Shown piece after piece: positions 30,578-40,979 of a stretch of 64,000 bases of DNA. Below the pieces are notes generated by a model. That model saw only the letters and a program-made list of their open reading frames with translations, was not told where the DNA came from and made no database searches. The stretch's first letter is position 1. Each line of letters starts with the position of its first letter. Source of the stretch: Candidatus Obscuribacterales bacterium (lineage in GTDB: Bacteria > Cyanobacteriota > Vampirovibrionia > Obscuribacterales > Obscuribacteraceae); the NCBI GenBank assembly GCA_965228855.1, contig CBDDIJ010000002.1:2240001-2304000 (forward strand), in the 5' to 3' direction. The position numbers and the translations under genes were made by a program.

Positions 30578-30967
30578 ATGCCCGGGATGAAGGTTCTCAT
30601 AATTGATGATGAGGAGGACTTTCGCACGATCGCCTCGAGTTGTTTGGGGCTGCTCGGCGGCGCCGAAGTCGTGGAGGCATCGGACGGCGAGGAAGGTCTC
30701 AAGAAGGCGGAGAAAGAGCAGCCGGACGTTATTCTGCTGGACCTGGTGATGCCTGGAATGGATGGCACGCAGGTTCTCACTAATATGCGGAAGAATCCAG
30801 CGACCGTCGACATCCCTGTGATCTTCGTGACGACCAAGGGCATGTTCGACGGCTTCGATGAGATGAAGAAACTGGGCGCTCTGGCCGTAATTACAAAACC
30901 GTTTGATCCAGTTAAATTGGCCGATCAAGTGAAAAAGATAGTGGAAGATGCAAAAGCTGCAGGTTAG
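30578..30967 (+). CDS. Single-domain response regulator (CheY-like)
   Basis: LIIDDEE, LLDLVMPGMDG, T and KPF motifs. Confidence 0.95.
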   Translation: MPGMKVLIIDDEEDFRTIASSCLGLLGGAEVVEASDGEEGLKKAEKEQPDVILLDLVMPGMDGTQVLTNMRKNPATVDIPVIFVTTKGMFDGFDEMKKLGALAVITKPFDPVKLADQVKKIVEDAKAAG

Positions 30968-31046
30968 TTGAGTCGGAGGTTTGGTTGGTCGCGTCCTGGC
31001 GGGCGGTTGTGTGAACGGTTGATCTGATACCCAAGAAAACGAGGGG

Positions 31047-31418
31047 ATGACAATGAGAGTACTCATCATCGACGATGAAGAAGATACGCGAGAAATTGCT
31101 AAAATGAGCTTGAGCTTGTTAGGCGGTCTCGACGTGATTGAGGCCGAAAACGGTGCTCACGGCATTGAAGTGGCTTCCAAAGAAAGACCAGATGTAATTT
31201 TGCTGGACATGATGATGCCCATCATGGACGGTCCATCAACGCTGGAAGCGCTGCGTACCAACGAAGCGACCCAGAATATTCCAGTCATTTTCTTGACTGC
31301 AAAAGCGATGACAACGGAGATTGAGAAGTTGAAACGCATGGGTGCAACCGGCGTTTTGACAAAGCCATTCGATCCGACCACGCTCGCCCAACAAGTCCAG
31401 GCAATTTTGGAGGCCTAA
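31047..31418 (+). CDS. Single-domain response regulator (CheY-like), paralog of the upstream gene
   Basis: LIIDDEE, LLDMMMPIMDG, LTAK and KPF motifs. Confidence 0.95.
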   Translation: MTMRVLIIDDEEDTREIAKMSLSLLGGLDVIEAENGAHGIEVASKERPDVILLDMMMPIMDGPSTLEALRTNEATQNIPVIFLTAKAMTTEIEKLKRMGATGVLTKPFDPTTLAQQVQAILEA

Positions 31419-31425
31419 CCGTCTG

Positions 31426-33120
31426 ATGCAGTCCTGGAAGGAGACCTTCGGGGAGCTAAAAGAAAAGTACCTCAAGAGATCGACCGAACGTTTGGCCGAA
31501 ATCCTCGAGATACTTGACGGTCTCTTTTCTAATCCTTCAGATGCAGAACTCATTCGCAGGCTGAGCCGCAACTTCCACTGGTTAGCCGGCTCCGGCTCAA
31601 TGTACGGATTTCAGGAAGTGTCTCAGCTCGGTGCTGAGGGTGAACAATACTGCGAATCGCTACTTCGTGGCGACGTTGTGCAGCAGCCCGCGGACGTTCA
31701 GAAGCTCAAGGCCCTGATCTCCGAGCTTTCATCGATTTTCTCGCGCGGTGATGGTGAAACGACGCCGCTGTCAGCTGCGCCGGCATCGAATGAAGAACCG
31801 CTTACGCGTCCGGCTGCCTATAACGAAGATGTAAGCGACAAGCCCGTCATTTTGATCATCGATGAGGACCAAAACAATCTCGCTGCGCTTACGCAAATGT
31901 GCGACGAGAATGGCATGGCTGTTCGTTCTTCTCGCAATATCGCTCAGGCGATGAGTGAATTGTCTCGGTCGATGCCGGACGGTTTGATCCTTGAGATTCC
32001 GCTTCCGGACGGCGATGCGTATGAACTCGTTGAGAAAGTTCGCGCTATGCCGCAAGGCGAAGAACCGGCAATTATAATAGTCAGCAAGCAAACCGGCTTC
32101 CTCGACAAAGTTCGTTCGATTCACTGCGGAGCTGATGCTCACTTTGAAAAGCCCGTCGACATGAAAGCCATGCTTCGACGATTGCGTTATTTACTTGATA
32201 AGAAACGGCAAGAGCCACCAAGAATTCTCTCTGTCGAAGATGATCCGGATCAAGCAGCATTCATTCGCGCTTTTCTGGAATCGGCTGGATATCAGGTTCG
32301 CACATGCACGGACCCGAAACACTTCGATTCATACATGTCACAGTTTCAACCTGATCTTGTTCTTCTCGACGTCATGCTTCCGGGAATGACAGGATATGAA
32401 TTGGCGCGTTATATAAGACAGGACGAGCGTCACGCTACCTTGCCCGTGTTATTTCTTACTACGCAGGGACAGCTCGACGCACGCATCGAGAGTGCTCGCG
32501 CCGGTGGCGACGATCATCTGGTGAAACCCGTTCCTCCTGCTCTGTTGCTCAACAGCGTATCATCAAGGTTGGAACGCTCGCGCTTCCTCAAGACATTGCT
32601 ACATAAAGATGGTCTGACAAACCTGCTGAATCATACTGCGTTCATGGAGCAAGGCGGCGCGGTTGTCGCGCAGCAGCGTCGTCAAAAGGGACCGGTCGCA
32701 TTGATCGTTCTCGACGTCGATTACTTCAAATCCATAAACGAACGTCACGGTTATCCTGGTGGCGATAAAGTTCTTGTCGCGCTGTCGCTTCTGCTCAGAA
32801 GGCGGCTACGGCAGTCGGATATCATTGGTCGCATCAGTGGCGATGAGTTTGCGATCATTGCAGAAAGCCTGGACGAACGAGAGGCAACCACGCTTGCCAG
32901 TCGAATACTTTCCGACTTTGCGGCAATGCAACATGTCACGCTTTCGCACTCTGGATTTTATGCCACGTGCTCAGCGGGCATCGCGATACTCGACGAGAAG
33001 AAGGTCACACTGGAGCAGTGGGTCAATCAAGCGTATACCGCCTTGCAAGAGGCGAAAACCGCTGGTCGAAACTGCGCGGTTGCATTCAATCCACAAGGTA
33101 GTACCAAGCATATTCCATGA
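31426..33120 (+). CDS. Hpt-REC-REC-GGDEF signalling protein (putative diguanylate cyclase)
   Basis: Hpt motif FHWLAGSGSMYG, two receiver domains, DVDYFK and RQSD...RISGDEF. Confidence 0.9.
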   Translation: MQSWKETFGELKEKYLKRSTERLAEILEILDGLFSNPSDAELIRRLSRNFHWLAGSGSMYGFQEVSQLGAEGEQYCESLLRGDVVQQPADVQKLKALISELSSIFSRGDGETTPLSAAPASNEEPLTRPAAYNEDVSDKPVILIIDEDQNNLAALTQMCDENGMAVRSSRNIAQAMSELSRSMPDGLILEIPLPDGDAYELVEKVRAMPQGEEPAIIIVSKQTGFLDKVRSIHCGADAHFEKPVDMKAMLRRLRYLLDKKRQEPPRILSVEDDPDQAAFIRAFLESAGYQVRTCTDPKHFDSYMSQFQPDLVLLDVMLPGMTGYELARYIRQDERHATLPVLFLTTQGQLDARIESARAGGDDHLVKPVPPALLLNSVSSRLERSRFLKTLLHKDGLTNLLNHTAFMEQGGAVVAQQRRQKGPVALIVLDVDYFKSINERHGYPGGDKVLVALSLLLRRRLRQSDIIGRISGDEFAIIAESLDEREATTLASRILSDFAAMQHVTLSHSGFYATCSAGIAILDEKKVTLEQWVNQAYTALQEAKTAGRNCAVAFNPQGSTKHIP

Positions 33121-34124
33121 CGTCGACGGGTGGAGTTAAGGTAGCAGTTTTGGGTTCCGGCGCGTGGGGCTCGACTATTGCCTGGCTGCTTGCCCGGCAA
33201 GGACACGTTGATGTCAGTCTGTATTCCCACAACCCTGAGAAAGTGGCGCGCATAAAGGAAACGGGTCTGCTGGAAAAGCCTGCACCAGTGGCGGTGCCGG
33301 AGCGGTTGGCCGTTTCATCAGATCTGGATGCCACCGTAAATGGTGCTGGGATAATTGTCCTCGCCTGTACCTCGCAGATTATGCGGGACCTGTCCAGAAG
33401 TCTGCGACCGATTATCGGAGCCGGAAGTCCTATTCTGGTAAGCGCTGCCAAAGGGCTGGAGCTCAACTCGTATCTTCGCATGTCGGAGGTATTGAAACAG
33501 GAGCTACCGGGAATTCGGGTAATGAGTTTGTCCGGACCGAATCTCGCATTCGAGATTCGTGCCGGTCTTCCTGCTGCGGCTGTCGTAGCAGGAGACGTTC
33601 TGGATGATGCGAAACTTGTCCAGAAGACGTTGAATACGAGCAGCTTTCGCCTGTATTCGACTGACGATTTAATTGGTGTCGAACTTGGTGGCACTTTGAA
33701 AAACATCATTGCCATCGCCGCTGGTGGCTCTGACGGTTTGAACCTGGGAGTTAACGCTAAAGCCGCTTTGCTCACGCGTGGATTGACCGAGATGAAGCGC
33801 CTGGCGTTGAAATTGGGAGCGCGCGAATCCACTCTGTACGGTCTATCGGGGATGGGCGATATGCTGGCGACGTGCCAGGGACCGTTATCCAGAAACTATC
33901 GGGTCGGAGATTATCTTGCCAAGGGCACGAGTCTCGAGGTTTCGCTCAAGCTGGTGGAAACCGAAGCTGAAGGTGTAGCGACTACTTATGCTGTTTGTGA
34001 GTTGTCTAAGTCCCTTGGATTGGAACTGCCGATTGCCGAGCAGGTGCAGGCGGTCTTGAAAGGCACTACCACTCCGGAAAAGGCGATCATGGCGTTGATG
34101 ACGCGACCACTTGCCAATGAGTAG
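33117..34124 (+). CDS. gpsA: NAD(P)H-dependent glycerol-3-phosphate dehydrogenase
   Basis: VLGSGAWG, SGPNLA, GGTLKNIIAI, GMGDMLATC and SRN motifs. Confidence 0.97.
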   Translation: MTSTGGVKVAVLGSGAWGSTIAWLLARQGHVDVSLYSHNPEKVARIKETGLLEKPAPVAVPERLAVSSDLDATVNGAGIIVLACTSQIMRDLSRSLRPIIGAGSPILVSAAKGLELNSYLRMSEVLKQELPGIRVMSLSGPNLAFEIRAGLPAAAVVAGDVLDDAKLVQKTLNTSSFRLYSTDDLIGVELGGTLKNIIAIAAGGSDGLNLGVNAKAALLTRGLTEMKRLALKLGARESTLYGLSGMGDMLATCQGPLSRNYRVGDYLAKGTSLEVSLKLVETEAEGVATTYAVCELSKSLGLELPIAEQVQAVLKGTTTPEKAIMALMTRPLANE

Positions 34125-34221
34125 CCTTAGGGCATCAGGTTCTGTATGATCTGTATCTAAAGTGCCGGCCGGAGATATGCCTTCGGCGGAGTTCTCCGAG
34201 TTGCATTTATGGGGTTTTCAA

Positions 34222-35442
34222 GTGAAAGAACGAGTTTTAATGCTTGCCTGGGAGTATCCACCCAGAATTATTGGCGGTTTGTCGCGAGTGGTTTGGGCAC
34301 TATCCAAAGAGCTTGCAAACCAGGGACTCGACGTGCACGTGGTGACGGCCGATCATCCCGGTACGCCCGAGTACGAACTGGACGGCCTTGTGCACGTTCA
34401 CCGCGTGAAAACTCAGACGGACACGACGCCGGATTTCGTGACTTGGGTTTCTAAACTCAACGTCGGTTTACTGCAATACGCAATTAAATTGCATATGCAA
34501 AAACCGTTCGACATTGTCCACGCGCACGACTGGATGGTGACCGATGCAGCCTGGGTGATGAAGACTGGCTTTGGAATTCCGCTGGTGTCGACCATCCACG
34601 CGACTGAAGCTGGACGCATGGGCGGCAACATTCATTCCGACATGCAACGCTACGTGAATCAGATGGAGTGGCGCCTCACTTTTGAATCCTGGAAGGTGAT
34701 CGTCAATTCAAAACACATGTTCTGGGAATTGAGCAATCATTTTAAGGTTCCGCACGACAAGATTTCGATTGTTCCAAACGGTTGCGACCCTTCGCACTTT
34801 GACTTCGAATTTGATCCGACACCGGTTCGGGTCCACTATGCGGCTCCGCATCAAAAAATTGTCTTGTTCGTAGGCCGGCTGGTCAACGAGAAGGGCGTTC
34901 AGATCATGTTGCAGGCTGCGCCGATGGTGCTGTCGCATTTCCCGGGCACGCAATTTCTTGTTGTGGGCACCGGTTACTTCATGGACGATCTGCGCGGTCA
35001 AGCTCATGCGCTCGGTGTCGACCACAATGTCCGCTTCCTCGGATACGTCAGCGACTACGACCTGGTTCGCCTCTACAAAATCGCGGACGTCGTTTGTATC
35101 CCCAGTCTCTATGAGCCTTTCGGTATAGTTGCTTTAGAAGGTATGGCGGCCAACGTTCCTGTCGTAGCGTCCGACACGGGTGGTCTGCGTGACTTCGTCG
35201 AAAACGGCGTCACTGGTGTGACCACTTATACCGGCAACGCGCAAAGTCTTGCCTGGGGAATGCTTGAAGTGCTTCGCAATCCCGAATATGCCGATCATCT
35301 TCGCAAGACAGCCTACGAGAAAGTGCACAGCATCTACAACTGGAAGAGCATTGCAAATGCGACTCGTGAAGTTTACGCGCAAGTGCTGGAGGAAAAGGTC
35401 GGTAAAGACAAAGAAACGAAGGCGCTTGCAAGCACGAAGTAG
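34222..35442 (+). CDS. GT4-family glycosyltransferase
   Basis: MLAWEYPPRIIGG, HAHDW, FVGRLVNEKG and EPFGIVALE. Probable GTG start at 34222. Confidence 0.92.
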   Translation: MKERVLMLAWEYPPRIIGGLSRVVWALSKELANQGLDVHVVTADHPGTPEYELDGLVHVHRVKTQTDTTPDFVTWVSKLNVGLLQYAIKLHMQKPFDIVHAHDWMVTDAAWVMKTGFGIPLVSTIHATEAGRMGGNIHSDMQRYVNQMEWRLTFESWKVIVNSKHMFWELSNHFKVPHDKISIVPNGCDPSHFDFEFDPTPVRVHYAAPHQKIVLFVGRLVNEKGVQIMLQAAPMVLSHFPGTQFLVVGTGYFMDDLRGQAHALGVDHNVRFLGYVSDYDLVRLYKIADVVCIPSLYEPFGIVALEGMAANVPVVASDTGGLRDFVENGVTGVTTYTGNAQSLAWGMLEVLRNPEYADHLRKTAYEKVHSIYNWKSIANATREVYAQVLEEKVGKDKETKALASTK

Positions 35443-35586
35443 GTCGTGCACGATATCGGTTTTACCCTGCTAAATGAGCTGATGACCGACGCTGAGTCTG
35501 AAGCGGAAAACTGCCGGAAAGAAATAGTTTGAGCCTGGTGCAGGCACGGTACAAGAGAGAGAGAACAGGCAACTGGAGGAGAAACG

Positions 35587-38157
35587 ATGAAAGCTGTGAT
35601 CATGGCTGGGGGCTCAGGCACTCGATTAAGACCGCTTACGTGCAACCTCCCAAAACCCATGGTTCCCGTGGCCAACAAGCCGATGGCTTTGCATATCGTC
35701 AATCTCCTCAAACAGCATGGATTCGACGACATCGTTTTCACTCTGCACTACTTACCTGAAGCGATCAAAGATTATTTCGGCGACGGTTCCGAATTCGGTT
35801 GCAAAATCGGATATTCAGTAGAAGAGGGTAAACCGCTCGGTACTGCCGGTTGCGTAAAAGCAATTCAGGACAGGCTCAAGGACGACACCTTCATCGTAAT
35901 ATCGGGCGACACTCTGACCGACATCGATATTTCGGCAGCGTTGAAATTTCACAAGGAAAGAAAATCGAAAGCGACCTTGATTTTGAAGCGTGTTCCAAAC
36001 CCGTTCGAATACGGGCTTGTGATCACCGATGCCGAAGGTCGCATCCAGCGATTTTTGGAAAAGCCGGGTGCTAGCGAAATTTTCAGTGACACCGCCAATA
36101 CTGGCACCTATATCTTGGAACCAGAGGTTCTGAAATATATAGTCATGGGCAAGGAAGAGGATTTTTCAAATGACGTTTTTCCTCTGCTGCTCTTGAGAAA
36201 CGAGCCGATGTATGGCTATGTTTCCGATGCTTACTGGTGTGATATCGGAAACCTCCAGATGTACAGACAGGCTCATAAAGACCTTCTTGAGGGTCAGCTC
36301 ACTCTTGATCTGGAACTGCCTGCTGCCGAAGAAGATGTGATGATCGGTCCAGGTACAATCATCGATCCAACTGCAAAACTTCAAGGACCGATTTTGATCG
36401 GCAACAACTGCCGCATCGGACCCGGTTGCGAGATCGGACCGTACACCACTATTGGTGACAATGTTGTAATGCAAGAACAAGTCTCCATGAAGCAGCCGGT
36501 GGTCTGGTCCAACGTCTACATCGGTAATGGCGCGCAATTGCGTGCCTGCGTAATTTGCAACAACGCCACCATCCATGACGGCGCTGAAATTTTGGAAGGC
36601 GGCATCATCGGCTCCAATACGGCCGTCGGTCAGGAGGCTACGATCAGCCCGGACGTGCGCGTCTGGCCCGACAAGGTGATTGAGTCCGGCTCTCGCGTTC
36701 TTACTTCTTTGGTTTGGGGTACAAGAGCACCACGCAGTTTGTTTGGTGCGCACGGTGTTCGCGGGCTGGCTAATATCGAGATCACCCCGGAGTTTGCCGT
36801 CAACCTGGCCGCCGCTTACGGTGCCACTCTCGGCAGTGGACCGGTACTTGTGAGTCGAGATTACTGGCCTGTGAGTCAGATGATTTCTCGTGCGGTGATT
36901 GCAGGTCTGGTGTCAGTCGGCATTGAAGTTCAGAACTTAGAAGCGACGCCTTTGCCGATCGCAAGAAACTATATTCAGACTCAGAGAACTGCCGGTTTGA
37001 TCCATGTGCGCTTGTCTCAGCGCGAACTGGACAAGATTACACTCGAGTTCTTCGACTCTCAGGGAATCTCCATCAACAAGAAGTTGGAGCGAAAAATAGA
37101 AAATACGTTCTTCAAAGAAGACTTCCCGCGTTGCAAGCCGAGTGAAGTAGGCAACATCATCTATCCGAGCCGTGTGCGCCAGTACTACAAAGAGCGTTTC
37201 CTTGATTGCATAAAAGGACAGGTTTTTGAAGAGGACACCGTGCCATTCTGCGTGATGCCTGGTTCCGCCTTTACACGAGTGACAAAAACCGGTGACATCG
37301 CCACCCAGGCGCCACGCATCGTCGTCGACTATGCCATGGCGGAAACCGGAGTAATTCTGCCGGACCTGCTTGGGGATCTTGGAATTGAATCTGTTGTTCT
37401 AAACTCTTCTATTCGCGCGGTTCCTCCAAGACCGGAAGAACGGCTTGCCATGCGCAAACAGCTTGCTGATGTCGTCAAAGCATTAAATGCCGAGATGGGT
37501 GTGCAGGTTGGTAGAAACGGAGAGCAGCTCACTCTGGTCGATGAGACAGGTCAGATAATTCGTGGAGAATTGTTGCTTGCTCTGGTCGCCGAAATCATCT
37601 TGCGGGACAAGCCCGGCAAAACCATCGTCGTGCCGGTCAACGCAAGTTCGATTATCGAGCGCATCGCCGAGCAGCACAAGTGCAATGTCGTGCGCTGTAA
37701 GGCTTCCGACACCGAAATCGGCACCACCACGGCGAAAGTCAAAGATGCGGTCCTGGGCGGATCCTCGAGTGGATGTTTCATCTTCCCCGAATTCCATTAC
37801 GGACACGATGCGTTGTTCACTGTCGGACAGGTAATCGAGCACCTCACCTATCAGGGACGTAGCTTGAGCGAAGCGGTCAAGAGTTTGCCGCCGCTCATCT
37901 ATCAAGTCGACTCCGTACATTGTCCTTGGGAGCGAAAAGGGCAAGTGATGAGGCTTCTCGTGGAGAAACATCAAGATAAGCAAGTCGAATTGCTTGACGG
38001 TGTGAAGATCGAGACCCGACCTGAGCACTGGATTCTGGTGCTGCCTGATGCTGTGGAGCCGCTTGTGCACGTCTATGCCGATGGCAATGATTTGCAGAAA
38101 ACTTCGTCGGATTTGAATGAATACACTGAGCTTGTCCGCCACTTGCAGAAGACGTAA
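35587..38157 (+). CDS. Mannose-1-phosphate guanylyltransferase-like nucleotidyltransferase fused to a left-handed beta-helix and a degenerate phosphomannomutase domain
   Basis: MKAVIMAGGSGTRLRPLT...PKPM, hexapeptide repeats, then a LFGAHGVRG PMM-like domain. Confidence 0.9.
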   Translation: MKAVIMAGGSGTRLRPLTCNLPKPMVPVANKPMALHIVNLLKQHGFDDIVFTLHYLPEAIKDYFGDGSEFGCKIGYSVEEGKPLGTAGCVKAIQDRLKDDTFIVISGDTLTDIDISAALKFHKERKSKATLILKRVPNPFEYGLVITDAEGRIQRFLEKPGASEIFSDTANTGTYILEPEVLKYIVMGKEEDFSNDVFPLLLLRNEPMYGYVSDAYWCDIGNLQMYRQAHKDLLEGQLTLDLELPAAEEDVMIGPGTIIDPTAKLQGPILIGNNCRIGPGCEIGPYTTIGDNVVMQEQVSMKQPVVWSNVYIGNGAQLRACVICNNATIHDGAEILEGGIIGSNTAVGQEATISPDVRVWPDKVIESGSRVLTSLVWGTRAPRSLFGAHGVRGLANIEITPEFAVNLAAAYGATLGSGPVLVSRDYWPVSQMISRAVIAGLVSVGIEVQNLEATPLPIARNYIQTQRTAGLIHVRLSQRELDKITLEFFDSQGISINKKLERKIENTFFKEDFPRCKPSEVGNIIYPSRVRQYYKERFLDCIKGQVFEEDTVPFCVMPGSAFTRVTKTGDIATQAPRIVVDYAMAETGVILPDLLGDLGIESVVLNSSIRAVPPRPEERLAMRKQLADVVKALNAEMGVQVGRNGEQLTLVDETGQIIRGELLLALVAEIILRDKPGKTIVVPVNASSIIERIAEQHKCNVVRCKASDTEIGTTTAKVKDAVLGGSSSGCFIFPEFHYGHDALFTVGQVIEHLTYQGRSLSEAVKSLPPLIYQVDSVHCPWERKGQVMRLLVEKHQDKQVELLDGVKIETRPEHWILVLPDAVEPLVHVYADGNDLQKTSSDLNEYTELVRHLQKT

Positions 38158-38520
38158 CCAGAGCTGAAACGCCATTTTGTTATCGGTCTGTCCGCCAGAC
38201 GGAGATAAACACGTGCCTGTCGGTGCTTGGCGCGTCTTGCCAAAATATTCGCCGGTATGAAATGATGGATGTCAGAACTGGTTACTCTGGCAGGCATAGG
38301 CAAAAATTTAATCTGGCAGATCGAGCGCATGTGCGGTTTTCGCGACCAATACAGCTCAGTCCGACAGATTCACGAACGACGAGTCATGGCTAGAACAAAA
38401 CTGAGACAGGGAGCCAGAAGTCTGGTTCCAATTGTGAAATTTCCGCATGACCGTTACGATTGGAAGCTCTTGGTAGAGGGCATAAATTTGACAAGGTCCA
38501 TTTAGGAGGCTCTAGAGAGT

Positions 38521-39324
38521 ATGCGTCATCCAGGCGATTCCCGAGGAAAAAAGGATGACAATCCCAACAACCGCAAGTTTCTGGATCGGCACACCGCCAA
38601 ACCAGCGACCGGTTTGTCGCGCAATGGTATTGATAGATCCGGCTACGGCACAGGTGATCAGGCAGTCGATGCCCAATCTCGTGGCATAACCGACTGGCAA
38701 GTCGCGCAGCACGAGCAGGTTCTCGTGTATCACGAGAACGAACAGCAAGCGGCATCTCCCGACTGGATGAGCCAACTGAAACAAAACTCGATGCAGTTTC
38801 TCGCCGATCAGCGGGGAGTTCAGCTGCAAGAGGTTTACAAAGAGTCTGTTTATAAGACGGGCATCGCTATTCTCGTCGACAAAATCTACGGACTTTTGCA
38901 ACGATACACCTTCGAATTTAACCAGGTTGCAGGCGGAACGGATTTGCACGTGTCCGGCACCATATCTGGTGATGTTACCGAGGTTACTCGATACAACCGT
39001 ATGCGTGAAGCGCAGGAGACTGCGACATATTTTCGCTGTCGCTTCTCAACGAAATTTTTTGCGCTCACAGTCAGAGGCAGTGAGGACACTGTTGAAGCTT
39101 ACATTTTGCCGGTCAATAAAGTGATGGCGCTCAGTCAAACTGAAAATCAATACCCGCCCCTTTGCGTCATACAGGTGAAAATTTCCGAGCACGGAATGAT
39201 GTGGCGAATGCGCGACAGCGAACCTGCTGTCGATACACTCGACCAGCTGTGCATGTGGCTTTTCACCAAACTAGTTGAGGAGACCAAGATTTGCGTTGAC
39301 AAGGGAATGAAACCGCCGGTTTAA
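38521..39324 (+). CDS. Hypothetical protein
   Basis: 267-aa ORF with AGGAGG RBS. No family recognised. Confidence 0.75.
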   Translation: MRHPGDSRGKKDDNPNNRKFLDRHTAKPATGLSRNGIDRSGYGTGDQAVDAQSRGITDWQVAQHEQVLVYHENEQQAASPDWMSQLKQNSMQFLADQRGVQLQEVYKESVYKTGIAILVDKIYGLLQRYTFEFNQVAGGTDLHVSGTISGDVTEVTRYNRMREAQETATYFRCRFSTKFFALTVRGSEDTVEAYILPVNKVMALSQTENQYPPLCVIQVKISEHGMMWRMRDSEPAVDTLDQLCMWLFTKLVEETKICVDKGMKPPV

Positions 39325-39486
39325 GCCGCGGGCTCCTGCGTCGTCGTTATTATTCGACACTGTGAGGATTTATAGCCGTCCTCGCGATTCCGCTGGTTAA
39401 AACGCGTCGCTAGTGGTAATAAATGGATAGGCGCGTTGGCGTTTTGTTTTGTCCGCCGGAAATCTGAGAGGAGTTAGTCCGGAACC

Positions 39487-40626
39487 ATGACCTCAATTAA
39501 CCCGGAAATGCTCAAGCAACTACTCTCCGAATTCGAAGAGAAGGAAGCGGTTTGCGTCGAAGAAATCAACGCAATCACCGAACAAATTACTGAACTCGAG
39601 AAGAGAATTACTTCGTCGAAAGAAAGACTTGGCTCTGTCGCCCGCGACCGTGAGAAGATCGGTTTGATGAAACAGCGGTACGCTGAAGGCGATTGGTCAT
39701 CAGTGCTTTCGCAATTGCCGAAGACTAATGGAAATGGCGCCAAATCCGTCGATGTCACCAGGACAGGAGATGTTCCTCCGGTCGTGATGCCGTCTGTTCC
39801 AGCGCCGGAGCCGCTCCCTGCTCAACCAGTTGCGGTAATTGAACCTGAACCGGAACCAGCGCCTGCACCCGCACCGATTGTAGCGCCGGAACCTGCTCCT
39901 GTTGTCGCTCCTCCGGAAGCCCCGGCTCCGGCAATGTCTGCACCGCAAGCGAGCGCACCTAATCCGTTCGAAGCGCCCCCAGTGGCACCTGTTCAACAAG
40001 CTTTTCAAATGGAAGCTCCTTCCTGGGAGCAGCCTCAACCTTTTACTGAAGCGCCACCGCCTCAACCTGCGATGCCGGAACCAGCTCCTGCAGCTGCTCC
40101 ACCGAGCGGCGGGCTATTCCCATTCTCCGGACAGCCACAAGCAGCCGAAGGTACCGATGGCGGCGACATCCCGTGGGCACCACCGCCCTCTATGTCCTGG
40201 GAGTCTGTTGGTGGCACCACTTTTCCAAATCAAAATGCGGCTCCTGACCCGACTCAAGGTTTTCAAACCATTCCTCCTCAGCAACAACAAGCGCAACCGA
40301 GTCCCCCTTTTGGCGACCCGAACGCTTTCGGGGCTCAACAGCCTCAGCAGGCTCCTTTCGGAGCGCCGGCTGGAATGGATTTCGGTCAAGCACCACCCTC
40401 AGGTTTCGGTGATCCCTCTGGCATGCAACAACAAGCGCCTCCTCAGGGTTTCATGTCCACTCCTCCGGCGCCGCCTGCTGGCAATCAGCAGTCTGTTTTG
40501 TCCTCTGCTTTTGACGAGGAGTTTGACATAAGCGACGCGCTGCGCGGTGAAGATGAGTCTAATTCGCAAGACCCGCGAGACAGCGACAAAAAAATCAAGG
40601 ACGCTCTAAGGGGGCTGTTCTCTTAA
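39487..40626 (+). CDS. Coiled-coil plus Pro/Gln-rich disordered hypothetical protein
   Basis: GAGGAG RBS, N-terminal heptads, long P/A/Q-rich region, C-terminal KKIKDALRGLFS. Confidence 0.75.
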   Translation: MTSINPEMLKQLLSEFEEKEAVCVEEINAITEQITELEKRITSSKERLGSVARDREKIGLMKQRYAEGDWSSVLSQLPKTNGNGAKSVDVTRTGDVPPVVMPSVPAPEPLPAQPVAVIEPEPEPAPAPAPIVAPEPAPVVAPPEAPAPAMSAPQASAPNPFEAPPVAPVQQAFQMEAPSWEQPQPFTEAPPPQPAMPEPAPAAAPPSGGLFPFSGQPQAAEGTDGGDIPWAPPPSMSWESVGGTTFPNQNAAPDPTQGFQTIPPQQQQAQPSPPFGDPNAFGAQQPQQAPFGAPAGMDFGQAPPSGFGDPSGMQQQAPPQGFMSTPPAPPAGNQQSVLSSAFDEEFDISDALRGEDESNSQDPRDSDKKIKDALRGLFS

Positions 40627-40740
40627 TTGCTCCATAAAACCAAGGTCATATTTGCATGTGTATCCTTTGCTAGGATATGCAGGAGACATCGTTCAGGGCT
40701 GGATTGAACCGGCTCGACAAGGCTTTATTGAGGGAGTTCG

Positions 40741-40953
40741 ATGAAACAAGTTGCAAGCATGATGGCTGGAGTTGTGATTGACATCCTTGTCAAACCCGGC
40801 GACGAAGTCACTGATGGAATGGAAGTAGCCATTCTCGAATCGATGAAAATGCAACTGCCGGTTTCTTCCGAGCAGTCTGGCAAAGTCGCTGAAATTAAAG
40901 TCGCCAGCGGTGACTTCGTCAACGAAGGCGATGTGCTGATGACGCTTGAATAG
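40741..40953 (+). CDS. Stand-alone biotin carboxyl carrier protein
   Basis: LESMKM biotinylation motif, 70 aa. Confidence 0.92.
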   Translation: MKQVASMMAGVVIDILVKPGDEVTDGMEVAILESMKMQLPVSSEQSGKVAEIKVASGDFVNEGDVLMTLE

Positions 40954-40979
40954 CCGTTTTTAAACGATTGAGTATATCG

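Noticed and set aside
38269..38505. 78-aa ORF in the gap before 38521
   Set aside because: No convincing RBS or motif, and it overlaps the putative promoter of the next gene.
39780..40480. Repetitive-looking DNA, as also seen in the secE tail
   Set aside because: Low-complexity Pro/Ala codons within CDS; not a tandem repeat or CRISPR array.
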